61,074 bases of DNA, filler included, from Gonapodya sp. JEL0774 (GCA_027604505.1; 19 parts of 19 records of this genome joined end to end with filler, not necessarily neighbours in it), one strand, 5' to 3'. Shown: positions 45,390 through 57,971, numbered from the whole stretch's first letter. Notes: generated from the letters alone by a model not told the origin. Numbers and translations: made by a program.

Positions 45390-47640
45390 ATGAGCCAGTC
45401 CGGGACTTCCAAAGAGAATGGCGTCGCTTTCTGGAAACCAGCTGCAAATGCCGATGACTACAACAATTTTACAACTACTGTCAATATCAGCGCGACCGAC
45501 GACAACACCAATCGATCCGCCGCTCTGTCTTCGATATTTGATGTTGCGATTGTCGGATATGGGCCTGTAGGAGGAATCATGGCCAATCTCCTTGCACTGA
45601 ACGGGCACTCCGTCTGTCTTGTCGAGCAAAGTCCAGCAATTTACGACAAGCCACGAGCTATTGTGTTGGATCACGAAATTTTGAGGATACTACAAATGAT
45701 GGGCCTCGGAAAAGAGGTCGCTGGCATGATTAGGTGAGATGCTGGGACAACTACTTCAACCAGGACTGTCATTCAAATCTTCAATTTCCTGGCGTCACCT
45801 AGCAATCACGCAGGAACCACCTTTGTCGGTATTGACGGTGAACCAATCAAGCATTTCGACCCTATTGTGAGAATGAGCGTGTCCCGTTATGATTCAGACA
45901 CAGTACTCTTTCTCACGAAGTCTTTCGTAGCCGCCACCTTATCCACTGTCTTGGTTCCCCACTGTTATGTTCATTCAACCAGAAATGGAGCAGCTCATTC
46001 GCGACAGGGGCACTTCCCGATTCACTCGCTCCAACCCAGACCGCGACCTGTCGCATGGCATAGTGGAAGTACTTCTTGAGCACAGGGTCCAGGGAATCGA
46101 CGAAGATAGCGATGGCGTGACCTTACACGTGAAAGATGTTACAGGAGAGACGAGGCTAGATAAAAACATGTTGGATGTTGTGTCCAAAACGGCGTTAAGT
46201 GCAAAGGATCGGGATATCGTGGGATTACCAGCGGAAACCAAAATCTCGGCACACGAGCCCGCTGACAAGGCGACTTTCAGTATTCGGGCAAAGTTCGTGG
46301 TCGGAGCCGACGGAGGCTCTGGAAACAGCATTATTCGGAAGAGTTTGCGCATTCCTTACGATTCTCTGGACTTTGACGAGGTAGGCTTTGTGGTCTTCTT
46401 ATATCCCCGCAGGTTATACAATGTAGCTTATGTTTTTGTTACCTGCTCCCTCCACGCTCCTCCTCCCAGTGGTGGATAGTTGTTGACACTCATCTTCAAC
46501 GACCTCCCGATCCTCCCCTTCCACTCAAATCCCGCCAATATTGCTGGCCATCTCGCCCCGGGACTTTCATCATAGGACCTCGCACGCTCCGTCGATGGGA
46601 AATTAAACTCCTACCAGGCGAAGATCCATCTTACTACTCCGATGAAGTTCACGGATTAGAGAGAATCAAGAAAATCTTGAGTAACTACATCGAGGATTTG
46701 GATGCCGTGCAGGTATGGAGGGCAGCTGTGTACAGATTCCATGCCCTGGTGGCACGGAAATGGGTTAGCGAAGGCGGAAGGGTGTTTTTGGCCGGCGATG
46801 CGGGTGGGTGCGAATTATGGGTCATTTTCTGCTTGAGCGGCATTTCAATCCTGATGGTTCCCTGCAGCACATCAAACTCCCCCTTTCCTCGGGCAAGGTC
46901 TCTGCGCCGGTGTGCGCGACACTGCGAACCTGGCCTGGAAAATCTCTTCCCAGCTCCGCCATCACCCAAACATTCATCCTTCCGCATCCCCTTTGCTCGC
47001 CTCGTACCAAAGAGAACGTGCCCCACACGTTCAAACCATTGTCGGACACGGAAAGAATTTCGGCCTTATCATTGGAGAGCTGGACGAAAAGAAGGCGCTG
47101 GCGAGAGATATTGAGCTGAGAACGCTCATGCGTGAAGGGAAAGTCAGTGGCTACCGACAAGCATTCATACCCGACTTGGACGGCGGATGTGTAGCTGAGG
47201 GGAACTCTGCTGGCGGAAAATTGTTCCCGCAACCCATGGTGCGACCTGTAGGCGCGGAATCCTCCACGGAACCAACGATGATGGACGATCTCCTGCCCAT
47301 CCCCAGTAAACAATCCTGGCTCGTCGTATCCCGGGACCCCGCTGCCGTTTCCTCGTGGCTCGATTCCGAATCGGATGCATTCCTTCGCCGTGTCGGTGCT
47401 CAACGCGCCGTTGTTCTGACACCGGGATCACTGGCACCAAGCGGGGAAGACTTCGTACGTTCTGGTGCTGTTGCTGTCGCTGAGGTGGACGGTATCCTTG
47501 CAGCGTGGTTCGACAAACACAACGATTCGACAGTCGCAGTTGTGAGACCCGACAGGTGCTACGCGTATGGGGTTGCACGAGATAGTGAGGGCTTGAATAA
47601 GTTGGTGGCAGGGGTGCGGGTTTGGGTTGAAGGTCAGTAG
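45390..47640 (+). CDS. FAD-dependent aromatic hydroxylase, MhpA (3-(3-hydroxyphenyl)propionate hydroxylase)-like, multi-exon
   Basis: DVAIVGYGPVG, PRAIVLDHE, FIQPEME, VVGADGG, YRFHALVA, RVFLAGDA|AHQTPPFLGQGLCAGVRDTANLAWK, C-terminal VVRPDR. Confidence 0.92.
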
Positions 47641-47916
47641 AGGACTTTCTCCTATCGCACTAGTGATACAAGGACCAGTGGACTTATTCGTAGAATAATT
47701 GGACCAGTTTTGAAGGCCATGCGGGCCTCGCTGGTTCTGTACTTTATTTCTGAAAAAAAGAAGGAATTCCTGATAATCTAGATGTGCTCTCCAGAACGCT
47801 GGCATCTTTTCCGCTCCCCATGTTGCAACATTTACTGCCATCTCTCCCAGTCGACATAAAATCGCACTCGTCGTTGACGACTCCTTTTCACCGCCAGAAT
47901 GCTAATTTCAAAACGT

Positions 47917-48249
47917 TCAAGTCTGCATCTCAACCTCGTTTGTCGGTTCCACCTTCACTCCTGCGGTCCCGGCTCTCATATACGCATCCATATCAGCATC
48001 CAACCGAAGTTCCATCTCCGTCTTCATGGCACCATTGCCGTTCGTGGTCCCGTTTGCACCAGGCGCACCGTGCATGTATGCGTCGAGTTCGGCATCGAGT
48101 GAGGACTTGTCGCCAGGTCCTCCGAAGCCCGAGTTGCCACCGTAGCCGCCCCGCCCGCGTCCACCACGACCACCTCCACCACGACCGCCGCGGTACCCGT
48201 CCCCTCGGTATCCACCTCGGCCGCCCCGTGCACCGCGGAACGAGTTGCC
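47917..48249 (-). CDS. CHTOP/ALYREF-type mRNA export adaptor C-terminus (RGG box + two UAP56-binding motifs), 5' partial
   Basis: This frame is not in the ORF track. It reads RGGRGGYRGDGYRGGRGGGGRGG...SLDAELDAYM...RLDADMDAYM...EMQT*. Confidence 0.8.
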   Translation of the reverse strand, partial: GNSFRGARGGRGGYRGDGYRGGRGGGGRGGRGRGGYGGNSGFGGPGDKSSLDAELDAYMHGAPGANGTTNGNGAMKTEMELRLDADMDAYMRAGTAGVKVEPTNEVEMQT

Positions 48250-48350
48250 ANNNNNNNNNNNNNNNNNNNNNNNNNNNNNNNNNNNNNNNNNNNNTTAATT
48301 AATTAANNNNNNNNNNNNNNNNNNNNNNNNNNNNNNNNNNNNNNNNNNNN

Positions 48351-48873
48351 GGAGTCGTCCGACGGGAGCGAACAGGTCGGCCGGGTCCAGAGGGTGGTGT
48401 GCGAGGAGAAGACGGATTCAGGATAGGAGACTTGATGTGCATTGTGGGTATCGATTATCAAACGGGAAAGGGTGATTTGTATCCCAAGGCGAAGGTTGGT
48501 TGATCCCAACGAATGGGCAAGTCACATGAACACCGTTCCGTGATCAGAAAGTCATAACAGAAAAGAATTGAGAATCGAAACTCACCTGCGCTTCCAACAA
48601 TCCCTCGGCTGAAGCATACACCGAAGGAGCTCGTGACTGTTGCAATGACGCGACAGCAGTCCCGTAGGCAGAGGAAGGCGTGGACGCGCCCGAGGACAAC
48701 GCATCCGGGGAAGACGAAGACGCAAAATGTGGAGACGTCGCAGGCGATGCGGCCAAAGAAGTTGCTGCTGATTTGTCAGGTGGTTCTGGAGGAGGGCCCC
48801 TTTCGAGACCGGAATTTGGGACAGCCGCCGCGCCCGGAGGCTGCGAACGGTAGGCCTTCAACCGGCTCAACAT
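48351..48873 (-). CDS. 5' exon(s) of a hypothetical S/P/A-rich protein
   Basis: ATG at 48873; the exon ends LLEAQ|gtgagt. Confidence 0.35.
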
Positions 48874-49418
48874 TTCTTATTTCGACAGGGGGGCCGGCGC
48901 GGGTGCTGGTCCATAAACGCGTCAAAATTGTCGGGAAGGGGGAACGGTGGATGTTTGAAAGCCACACCTAGCACAACACGGGGTTGGAAGAGCCCTCAAA
49001 ACACTCCCAAGTTTCTCCAATTTGCGTCTCCGGACTCGAAATTGTACATATGAATTCATATTGGGAAAGACATTGCTTATCTGGCAGAAGTAATACACGG
49101 GGATCATGTCAGGAATGGTGAACCTATGACTTCAGATATGGTCGCCCCGCTGGCTGTCCTAGGACGCCTGATATCTCAAAACGCAGTCACGTCTATCTCC
49201 TCGATGGTGCTTGCCAGCATACTTTTTGGGCTGTGGTCAGTTTCGGTGACCGAGTTCCGTGAACACGTGACTCTGCAACACAGGCAACCAGCCAAGCAAC
49301 ATTTGTCGGTTTCCGCGAGTTATCAATATCGCTCCCTCCTGGCGAGCTTTAAAGCACAGTCTCTCTTCTTTCGGACTTGTCCTTCCATCGGTCTCCAAAC
49401 TATCGCAAACAATCGACC

Positions 49419-50371
49419 ATGTCCAAAAGTCTCGTCGCCGTCCAAGAGTGGACCTTGATGTTTTCGAGACCGTCGTGCGTTTCTGCCCTGCCTCCACGCT
49501 GCGATCTCTGGCGTGCGTGTCCCGCTTCCTCCTCTCGACCGTCGCGGTGGAGCGTGAATGGCGCGCAAAGTACGTACCGCACGTTCCGAGAGCCTTCCTC
49601 CACTATACGGGTGCACATTTTCCTCCACCCACTGGGATTCGTATTAACATGATGCCGTTTCGTATGGATGAGTTGGAGGATACGCTTCATCCCGATTACC
49701 ATGGGTACCTGACCATCATCAAGCACTGCGCGGGATTCCTCGAGGGAATCGGCTACCTCACCATCGACGAGCGGCTTGTTCCCGTCGGAGAACACCATCG
49801 GAGACCAGGACTTCATATCGAGAGCCCGACTCTGTGGAAAGAGTCACCTGTGAACGAACTGGGAAAGGCAAACTCCAAATTCCATCCTGTCCCGATAGAC
49901 TGGGGCTGTGGTATTAAAGATCTTGCCTCGCGGAAAAAGGTGGAGGGAATCTTCTTCGGATCGAATGTGGATGGCACATCGTGTGTGTACCCAAACGTTG
50001 TTCTCTGCCCAGCGATGGCGGATTCGCTGGGGAGTATCGAAGGTTACAGACACCTCCTCGACACCAAGCCAGTCGTCATGCGTGAGAATGAGATTTACTG
50101 GATTACGGACAAAACACCGCACGAGTCGCTCCCTGTGAGGGTGCGGGGGAATCGCAACCCCAAACCCGTTTACCGTCAGTTCTTCCGGCTGGTCACGGGC
50201 AAAATCGACGTATGGTATTCCAAGCACAACACACCGAATACGTACGGTAACGTGTTGCCAGACTGTCGGATTTCGCACGAGGACAAGTTTCAAAGGGCAA
50301 CCGAGGCTGTTGGGGGGAGGGTGGTGATTGAAAGCGAGCCGAACCCAATGGCTCAAAGAAGTGCGAACTGA
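49419..50371 (+). CDS. F-box-like N-terminus fused to a putative DSBH/2OG-Fe(II) dioxygenase-like domain; apparent 1-nt frameshift after the ATG
   Basis: DLDVFETVVRFC..STLRSLACVSR; INMMPF, YLTIDE, RRPGLHIE, TDKTPHESLP, RQFFRLV. The ATG at 49419 is out of frame with the body unless the A4 run at 49425-49428 is A5. Confidence 0.65.
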
Positions 50372-51137
50372 TACTTGATTGTGGAAAGGCTGTAACGTTT
50401 TTGCATATGTTTTTTTATTGGGAGTCCAGAATCTGGACTGTCTCCAATGGTTCTGTATTGGCAGAATTGAGTGACACGAACTTGAATAGTCACTGAAGCA
50501 ATCGTTGTCGTTTGGTTGTAACCCCGCGCATGGAAGTTTTGTTCGATGTTTGCTTGATATTTCTTAGTTATCACCGCGCTTTCGAAAACATTACGGTGTA
50601 GTCCCGTGAGTGCGGAGTTCAGATTGCGCATCTACCACTCTGCCCCGGAACCTTCGACTCCGAACTCCTAGGAAGAGAAAGACACATGTGCTGAATCTAC
50701 GTGACCAAAGTCAAACGGAAGCGTGAAATATGAGGAATATTCCACATCAAAGGCTCGAACACTGTGCACATCCTGCCAGTTTCGTTCCAACCAACAACCC
50801 GCCGTTTTCCCACGCCGCCACCCACCACAATGTGCGATATTACCCCTCTTTCCGAGAAGTTCCTCACCGATGCTCTACAAAAAATGCAAATTCCAATCCC
50901 ATAAGTGGTATCCAGCCTCCACGAGCTCCTCGATATTCGGACTCTGGTGGTGTCACAGCGACTCGACTCGCAAATCTTGCCCACACCCAGATCGAAGTGC
51001 CGTGATGGGGACTCAGAGTCCACTTTGGTTGATTCTCGATGCTCTGAGCGTTGATGGGGAACAGAACCCCGGATGGCGTAAAGTGGACCTCGAACAGCAA
51101 CATCGTACTGGCTGTTAATGGCTTTAGCAGATGTCTA

Positions 51138-51460
51138 TATGATAGCCCCGCTGGCTGTCCTAGGATGAGTGACATCCTAAATTGCAGTCACTCTATCTTC
51201 TCGATGGTACTTGTGCATAAATATTTGGATTTGCGGTCAGTTTCTGTCCATTGAGCACACGTACTCCCTATTTATTACCGTGACTCTGCAACCAACCAGG
51301 GCAACTAGCCCAGCATCATTTGTCTGCTTCCGCGAGTTATCAATATCGCTCCCTCCTGGCGAGCTTTGAAGCACAGTCTTTCTTCTTTCGGACTTGACCT
51401 GCCATCGGTCTCCGTACTTTTGCGAACAATCGACAATGGCCACAATGTCCGATCGTCGTC
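51138..51460 (+). repeat. Diverged duplicate of the upstream region 49137..49440, ending in the start of a tandem paralog (ATG 51436)
   Basis: Shared blocks gccccgctggctgtcctagga, ttccgcgagttatcaatatcgctccctcctggcgagcttt and ccatcggtctcc...aacaatcgac.ATG. Confidence 0.88.
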
Positions 51461-51560
51461 NNNNNNNNNNNNNNNNNNNNNNNNNNNNNNNNNNNNNNNN
51501 NNNNTTAATTAATTAANNNNNNNNNNNNNNNNNNNNNNNNNNNNNNNNNNNNNNNNNNNN

Positions 51561-52102
51561 CTGTGGTTTTGAGCTTTTGGCCCGGTGGCCAGAGAAGATC
51601 GGACTTGGGTGGAGGTGAGGGATGGGGATTTTGCTTCCTGCAAGTGGTGAAGAAAGGGGCGGTGACTGGCAGGGACAGTGCTCCGGTGATCTCAGATGGA
51701 GAGATGAAGGCCAAAGACGTGTTCGCAATATTGGATCAAACACGAGGTGAGCACCATGATTGCTTCTGTTTTTGAACGTAAACGGAACGTAAGTCTTTTG
51801 CGTCCGGTCTTTATCAAGTGACCTCCCTCAACTACGAGTTGAGCCAACTGCGTGTGATCAATCGTCGGCTTCAAGAAGAGCTCTCTCCCATACTAGGCAA
51901 GCGAGTGCGGGACTCTGATGAGACTCTTTGTTCTATTTGCTCCACCAGTTCGAGCTCCGAATGGACCAAAGTCCGTGGACGGGAGGTGGTAAGCACATGC
52001 GAGTATTTGATCCTAATATTATGGTCCAGCTGACGTTTGACTCTTTTGCTGTAGTGTAAAGCTTGTGCGAAGAGTGTGGGGATGATGAGACGACAGCTAT
52101 GA
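51561..52102 (+). CDS. 3' part of a protein with a coiled coil and C-terminal GATA-like zinc finger
   Basis: Spliced (intron 51989-52054) CSICSTSSSSEWTKVRGREV|CKAC, i.e. CX2CX16CX2C with the conserved W. Confidence 0.6.
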
Positions 52103-52292
52103 AGTCTGGTCACATACTTCGAGCTTCCAACGATATCTTCTCGGTCTCTGTGGATGGGTGTTCGGGCAAGAACTACTCGCGAGTGAGGGGATTGGTAATG
52201 TGGTACATATCTCTGAGAGATACCATGATTGACATAATCGTGAATAGTACATACAAATTTGATGTTTTATGCGTAATAGCACCGAAGTTGGT

Positions 52293-53388
52293 TCACACAA
52301 ACACCCGAAATCCGGTATCGCCTTCATTCGGCATCGTTCGCACACATTCCGCCACGACTTCCTCGTAAGTACCTAGCTTGTACCATGGAAGGCGGGCCTT
52401 CCGGAGCTCAGTGAGATGCATTTGGCGGGCGCGGTGCAGATCAGAAGGTGCTGGAATAGACGGCATGTTGTGGATATGGTCGGCAAGTTGGGCCATGGTG
52501 GTGGGAGCAGCTGTACAATAGTATCTCCTCATAGACACTCATTGGTGAAACCGCAACACCAAGAACTTGCCTTGAATGTACTTCTGCAGCTCAACCACTT
52601 TTGCGATGAGTTTTGAAAGATCCTCGGTCGACTGCTCCGTTTCGTAGTGAGCGTCTAATAGTCGTTGAGCAACGTCGTGTCGTATGATGGGAGGTGTTTC
52701 ATTCGGTGAAGATTGATGATCCGCGCGACGGAGCCTGAGAGATTTTAGAATCTCCTCCATTCTTTCTGCTTGCGAAGAGACTGCCACTTCCTTTTTGTCG
52801 GCTCGTGTGGAGCCATGAGTGCCGGACGATTCAAATGGTATCATGTGGCGAGTATTATCGCCCTCCCGACCTTTAAGTGCATTTTTCGCTTCCTATCGTT
52901 GGACAGGCTGGCATCATCACGTAGTGTGGCACCCTACCTGGTTTTAACGCACTCACCATTCGCTTTTGGATGAGTAGCTGTGAGGCTGAAAACAATCGCC
53001 ATCGCCTCTGAATCTTGACAGCAGCTGTAATTGCCTCTCGTTCATCGAATTTACGGGTCTTGTCATTGGCCGTTGCGCCCAGCTTGAGTACCTTCCCTCC
53101 TCACTCCATTAGATCGAGTCGGAAATTTCAAGCTCCAGCAGAGGAGAGCCCACTTACTTGGGTCCGCCGGAACTTCAGCCAGTCATTCTTTCTATTAAGA
53201 AGCTCACGGAGCTCCTCCTCTTTCCTCTTCACTTCTGCGATGTGGGTGAGACTTGTTTATATTCCAACACGGCGTGTGTGGATGAATGGCTTTCGCATGG
53301 TCAAGAGGCGAAGAACGTACCGTGAAAGTTTCTCGGTTTCGAAGTGGTCTTCCAAGCTGGACGTTTGTCTTAGGTCTTCGGAGTTCAT
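52293..53388 (-). CDS. IQ-motif protein resembling the C-terminal half of IQCB1/NPHP5, multi-exon
   Basis: Spliced MNSEDLRQ..., IQ motif AAVKIQRRWR, AQRLL...LIAKV...APT, and RARQMHLTEL...LPWYKLG, paralleling the IQCB1 C-terminus as I recall it (KAKQAHLTTL...APWWKKLG). Confidence 0.6.
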
Positions 53389-53487
53389 TTGTGCGCAAAG
53401 GTGCTGTGTTCAGAGATTGATCGACATGTGGACTCTGCCACTGGCCGGCTGCTGTTCCTTCAACTTTTGGGATCACTTTCAACAGCG

Positions 53488-54666
53488 ATGCTCAGCAAGA
53501 TGAAGACCGACAATAAAGGCCTGCAACGAAACATTGCGGCACCGAAATCCCTTCATCCGCGTTCGTTCTCGCTCGTGAACGTAGAAGATCCTCGTCCGCG
53601 TCTTCCCAACATTCGATCCGCACTTCCTATCCTCCACGCACCAAAATCGCCATCTCGCACACCTGTTCCTACGGTTGCCTCGTATACTCGATTAGCGGAT
53701 AAGTGGGATCGCGGGAACCGACCTAGCCGTGAGGTCATGCTGGTAGAGTTTGTCAAGAGTTCGAAAGGAAAGACAGCAGACCAATTGGACAGAGACTTTG
53801 CTGGAGGAGCCAGCCTCTTCTTGACTCGTATATCGGCGTGGCTCCGATTGACGTGGGTGAAGCATATTTCGTCTGCTTGTGTTGAGCCCACTGTGTACCA
53901 TGACAGCAAACCGGAACCAAACCTAGATATCTACTGGGGTATGATCTAACTCCGACCCTTCAAGCACTCACGATCTTCGTGACTGCTGAGGGAGGGAAAC
54001 GATTCATTGCAGAATTTTTGGAGGTTGGCGGGGTCTTAACTGTCCTAGAAGTACTAGGTCTCTCGCAAACATCGGAGGTGAGCCTGTGAGACGGCCGAAC
54101 CATCGACCTTGCTCATCAATGGTTGAATTCATTAGAAAGACAAGGGGGAAGGACTTGCTCTCCTTTTGCGAGTAGCTCTTGCAGGACGAAAGCATAAAGA
54201 ATTCTTATGCGAGAGTTTTGCTATCCGCTCCATTGCCGACTGTCTATCACGCTCACGGAATGAACTAACGCAAGACGCTGCTAGAAGTTTGCTGTATGAG
54301 CTTGGACAGGTACTTTTGTTGTCGTGGTACCTATTTTGGAGTCAACTTGTCTTCACCGCGATAGAACGCATTCACCAGGACAACCCAAAGTACTTGATGC
54401 AAGTCTACAAATCGCTTTTGTCTCTCATGACACTCTCTACTATAGCTCCTTCAGCTCTGAGGATGGCGAGTCAAGCTCTAAGAGGACTTCTTGTGTGTTT
54501 CTGAAAGTACCACATGAGCCCGGGTGCAAACTGCCACTTAACTCTGTTCCTTCAGCCTTCTATCTCCAACATTCACCCTTCAATTATTGAAGGAACGCTA
54601 AGCTTGTTGAAGAACTCGCATGTGCAAGTTCAGCATGAAGGTGCGTTCAACAACGCGAAAAGTGAC
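53488..54666 (+). CDS. ARMH1: Armadillo-like helical domain-containing protein 1 (C1orf228) ortholog, multi-exon, 3' partial
   Basis: WD.G, GKT..L...F..GASLFL.R....LRLT|Y, EFLEVGGVLTVLE.LGL, GR..KE.LCES..IRSIA, NPKY..QVYK. Confidence 0.9.
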
Positions 54667-54766
54667 NNNNNNNNNNNNNNNNNNNNNNNNNNNNNNNNNN
54701 NNNNNNNNNNTTAATTAATTAANNNNNNNNNNNNNNNNNNNNNNNNNNNNNNNNNNNNNNNNNNNN

Positions 54767-57098
54767 ATTCCAGCCAGCCGGGTGAAAACTCCTGAGCACA
54801 GACCTTTTATCCACGGCAAGAGTTTATTAACACTAGCAAAGTATCCGCAGAAAATTTGACACGCGATCGTGAGTACGGCGGTAAGAGAGCGGCAAATAAC
54901 ATGATTCGGTGCAACCGCTCCTGAGTTCCAAAATGAATAAGGAATTCCTCATAATGGGGAATACTTTCATCGTCCATTAAAAGCGTACCTAGAGCTAATC
55001 CGATATTTGTGAAGAACAGGCTGAAAATTAGGGACATGTAACGTCAGTAACTGATTCGCTTGGGTGTGGCTTTGGGATGTGCTTAATTACCAGGTGACAG
55101 TTTGCGACAATATGGTCAGCGCAAGGTTGTCAAAACTAACTGTGCCGAAGAAAATAAACAGCTCGATTACTGCGAAAGAGGCATAATATGGGGCATATAT
55201 CGTGGCGGCCGCAAAAAACGGAGTGGCACTTCGGTACATGTTTCCAGCTGAAATGACGGAACAGCATGTCGCAAACTACTCTGACGAATAACAACATCCA
55301 CAAGACTCACCTCTTTCACGCTTCACAATCTTGCGGTTGTCCAGGAAGACAATCACAGGATCCGCCAGGAATGAGTAGACACACGCGGTTTCGTAGGCGA
55401 TCAGAAATCCGAGACTTTCGAGATGAGAGTTAAGAAGGTAAGTGTGTCATACATGCGGATACAGATACGCATTGGAGTTCCGTGCACTCAACGTACAAAC
55501 TCAGTACCCCGTCCAATGTTGATTTGTCGATGCGCCAAAATGCAAGTGAGAGCAGGAAACACGTAACGACGAGAACAGCAGCTAAACAACAAAGATGGTG
55601 AGATATACATCATGGTGCTCGATGGACTTCTCACGGACTTCGAGCAATGTGCAGAGAGGGGTTTCGCCACACCAGCAGTCCATATAATTTGACGAGCTCT
55701 GTGTACTCTACTAAGATAGAGTGCGCGTAGGCCGTAGGTTTTCCCGAGATAATTGTCGATGTTTCCCGAAACGTGCCTTGATGATATGGAGATGCCACAC
55801 AGTGAGGAACGCGGGATGTTGTCATTACATTCTCAATTCACGGCTCACCATCTTCAGAACTTCCATGACTCTCAGACCAATCATGCTGAAGTTTCTCGAT
55901 TCTTTTCCGACTCTCTTCCAGCTGTGCGGGTGTTCGGAAGTCTGGTGACGAAATATCCAGCCAGTGATCCGAAGGATTTGTGAGTTCCGGATTCCGGAAA
56001 CCCAACTGGGAAAAATATGGAGTTGCTTCGGCAACTCTTCCGAAGTAGACCACCCGCCCAGATCCGAGCAGAAGAATCTTGTCAAAGAGCCCCAAGATAT
56101 TCTCACGAGGCTGGTGGATAGTGACAATAGATATCTGCTTCTCGTCCACCGTAATGGAACGCAAATATTCCATGGTCTGCAACGCTGTGAAGCTATCAAG
56201 ACCTGTGGTAAATTCATCGATCAGAAGGACTTTGGGGTTTGACAAGAGCTCAACCGCTACAGAGAGGCGCTTTTTTTCTCCAGTGGAAATGTTGCGTATC
56301 AATGTGTCCCTAGCAGATAGCAATCCGAGCTGCATTTCAAGTCAACCATGTTAATTGTAGGATGCGGCGAGACAAATGCGCGTGCCAGATCGCACCTGTT
56401 GCAATGTCTCCGTTGCTCTCGTCCTTTTCTTCTCATCCGAACCTTTCACTTTGAGCTTCGCAGTGTATCCGACCGTTTCTCCAACCGTAAGATTTGAGTA
56501 GAATTCGTCGTCTTGCTCGACTGAGGTACGCGGCGAAGTATGTGGCAGGGGCTTCTGAGGGATAATTGGGGTGGGCCTGTTTCCTGCTCACCCATGACAT
56601 AGTCCTTTGTCCATGTGTTCGAATTTCTCTCTTCGCCATTAAACAGAATCTCTCCTTCGACTTTGCCTTCAGTAAGCCGACCACTTAATGCGTTGAGGAA
56701 AGTTGTTTTCTGGCGTGCAGAAGTAAAATAAGAGATCATGGCGATGCTGGGGGAAACCATCGAGTTCGCAGCGTACCCCAGAGCCAGATCCTCCAAGAAT
56801 GCCAAGAAGTTCGCCTGAGCATAAGAGGAGGATTAGAGGAAGTCTGAGTTCAACCGTGAAACAAGTGCCCACCAGAGCTTAGACATCCACTGACGCCTTC
56901 CAGTAACGTTTTTCCCTTCAGCTGATACCCAACTCCACTCCACTTAAGTGTTGCTTGCCTGCTACTTTTGTCGGGGTTGCCGAGAGCAACCTACCGACAT
57001 TTGGGGCGACGCGTTTTGTCGCGTCTGAAGAGGCGTTTCCGGCCCATCTTCTCCGAACTCACACTATAGCTGCTCAGCAATGGAGCCGAGGTGTCCAT
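54767..57098 (-). CDS. ABCG (White-type) half transporter, multi-exon, 3' partial
   Basis: Walker A GGSGSG|KTT, VEQDD..NLTVGET, signature ISTGEKKR, LLIDEFTTGLD, TIHQPR, NPSD, followed by TM exons. Confidence 0.92.
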
Positions 57099-57479
57099 CG
57101 GGGTCAGAGTACTGGATACGTGGTGATTATCAGGAGCAGAGGGGGAAAGGCCGAGGAGCTGGCGGGAGTCCCCAACCGCCCACTCCTCAAGAGGTTCACC
57201 CGCCCCGCCATACTTGCTGCCTCAAGTACTCTTCAGGCAGTGGGTGGTTTCGCTATTAGTCCCGAGAAACATTCTCGCTCATTCCGGATTCATCTATATT
57301 AATATCCATTCCGCTAAAAACTGTTGCTGCCACTGACCGCTATGAAAATTGGCACGCTAACCAAAAACGCAGGGGATCGGTATTCATCAGGTGGCAGACT
57401 ATACATATAGTGAAACGAAAGAAAGCGAAGGCGTTCGGTATTCTGCTTCCTTAGTTTCCGCACATTGTCATCGGGTATT

Positions 57480-57871
57480 TCAAAATCCGACACCAGGTAT
57501 CACTATCCACGTCTTCGCACGGTAAGTCTCGTACTCAACGCCGAAAAATTCCACTAATGTCTCTTCCTCAAATTCGATCCTGTCCTTGAAAAACGATCTC
57601 ATCACCACCGCAAATGCGAGGATCGCGACGGGATTCGCCATCATGACCTGAGTCCCGACAGCCCAATAAAAAAAGCCGGTATATGAAGGGTGTCGGAAGA
57701 CGGAGTATACGCCCTTTGTCACTAAGACGTGATCGGCGCGGTGGACAGATTGGACGTGGTGATTGAAGTTGGAGGCGGCGGTGTACATGGCCCAGCTACG
57801 GAGGAGCTGACCGAAGAGGACCATCGTCAAGCCTACGGGCATTAAAATGGATTTAAGATTGGTAACTCGAA
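57480..57871 (-). CDS. STE14: Isoprenylcysteine carboxyl methyltransferase, 3' part
   Basis: AM.TA..NFNH, HVLVTKGVY...RHPSY.GFFYW, RIEFEE..LVEFFG.EY..Y. Confidence 0.95.
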
Positions 57872-57971
57872 NNNNNNNNNNNNNNNNNNNNNNNNNNNNN
57901 NNNNNNNNNNNNNNNTTAATTAATTAANNNNNNNNNNNNNNNNNNNNNNNNNNNNNNNNNNNNNNNNNNNN

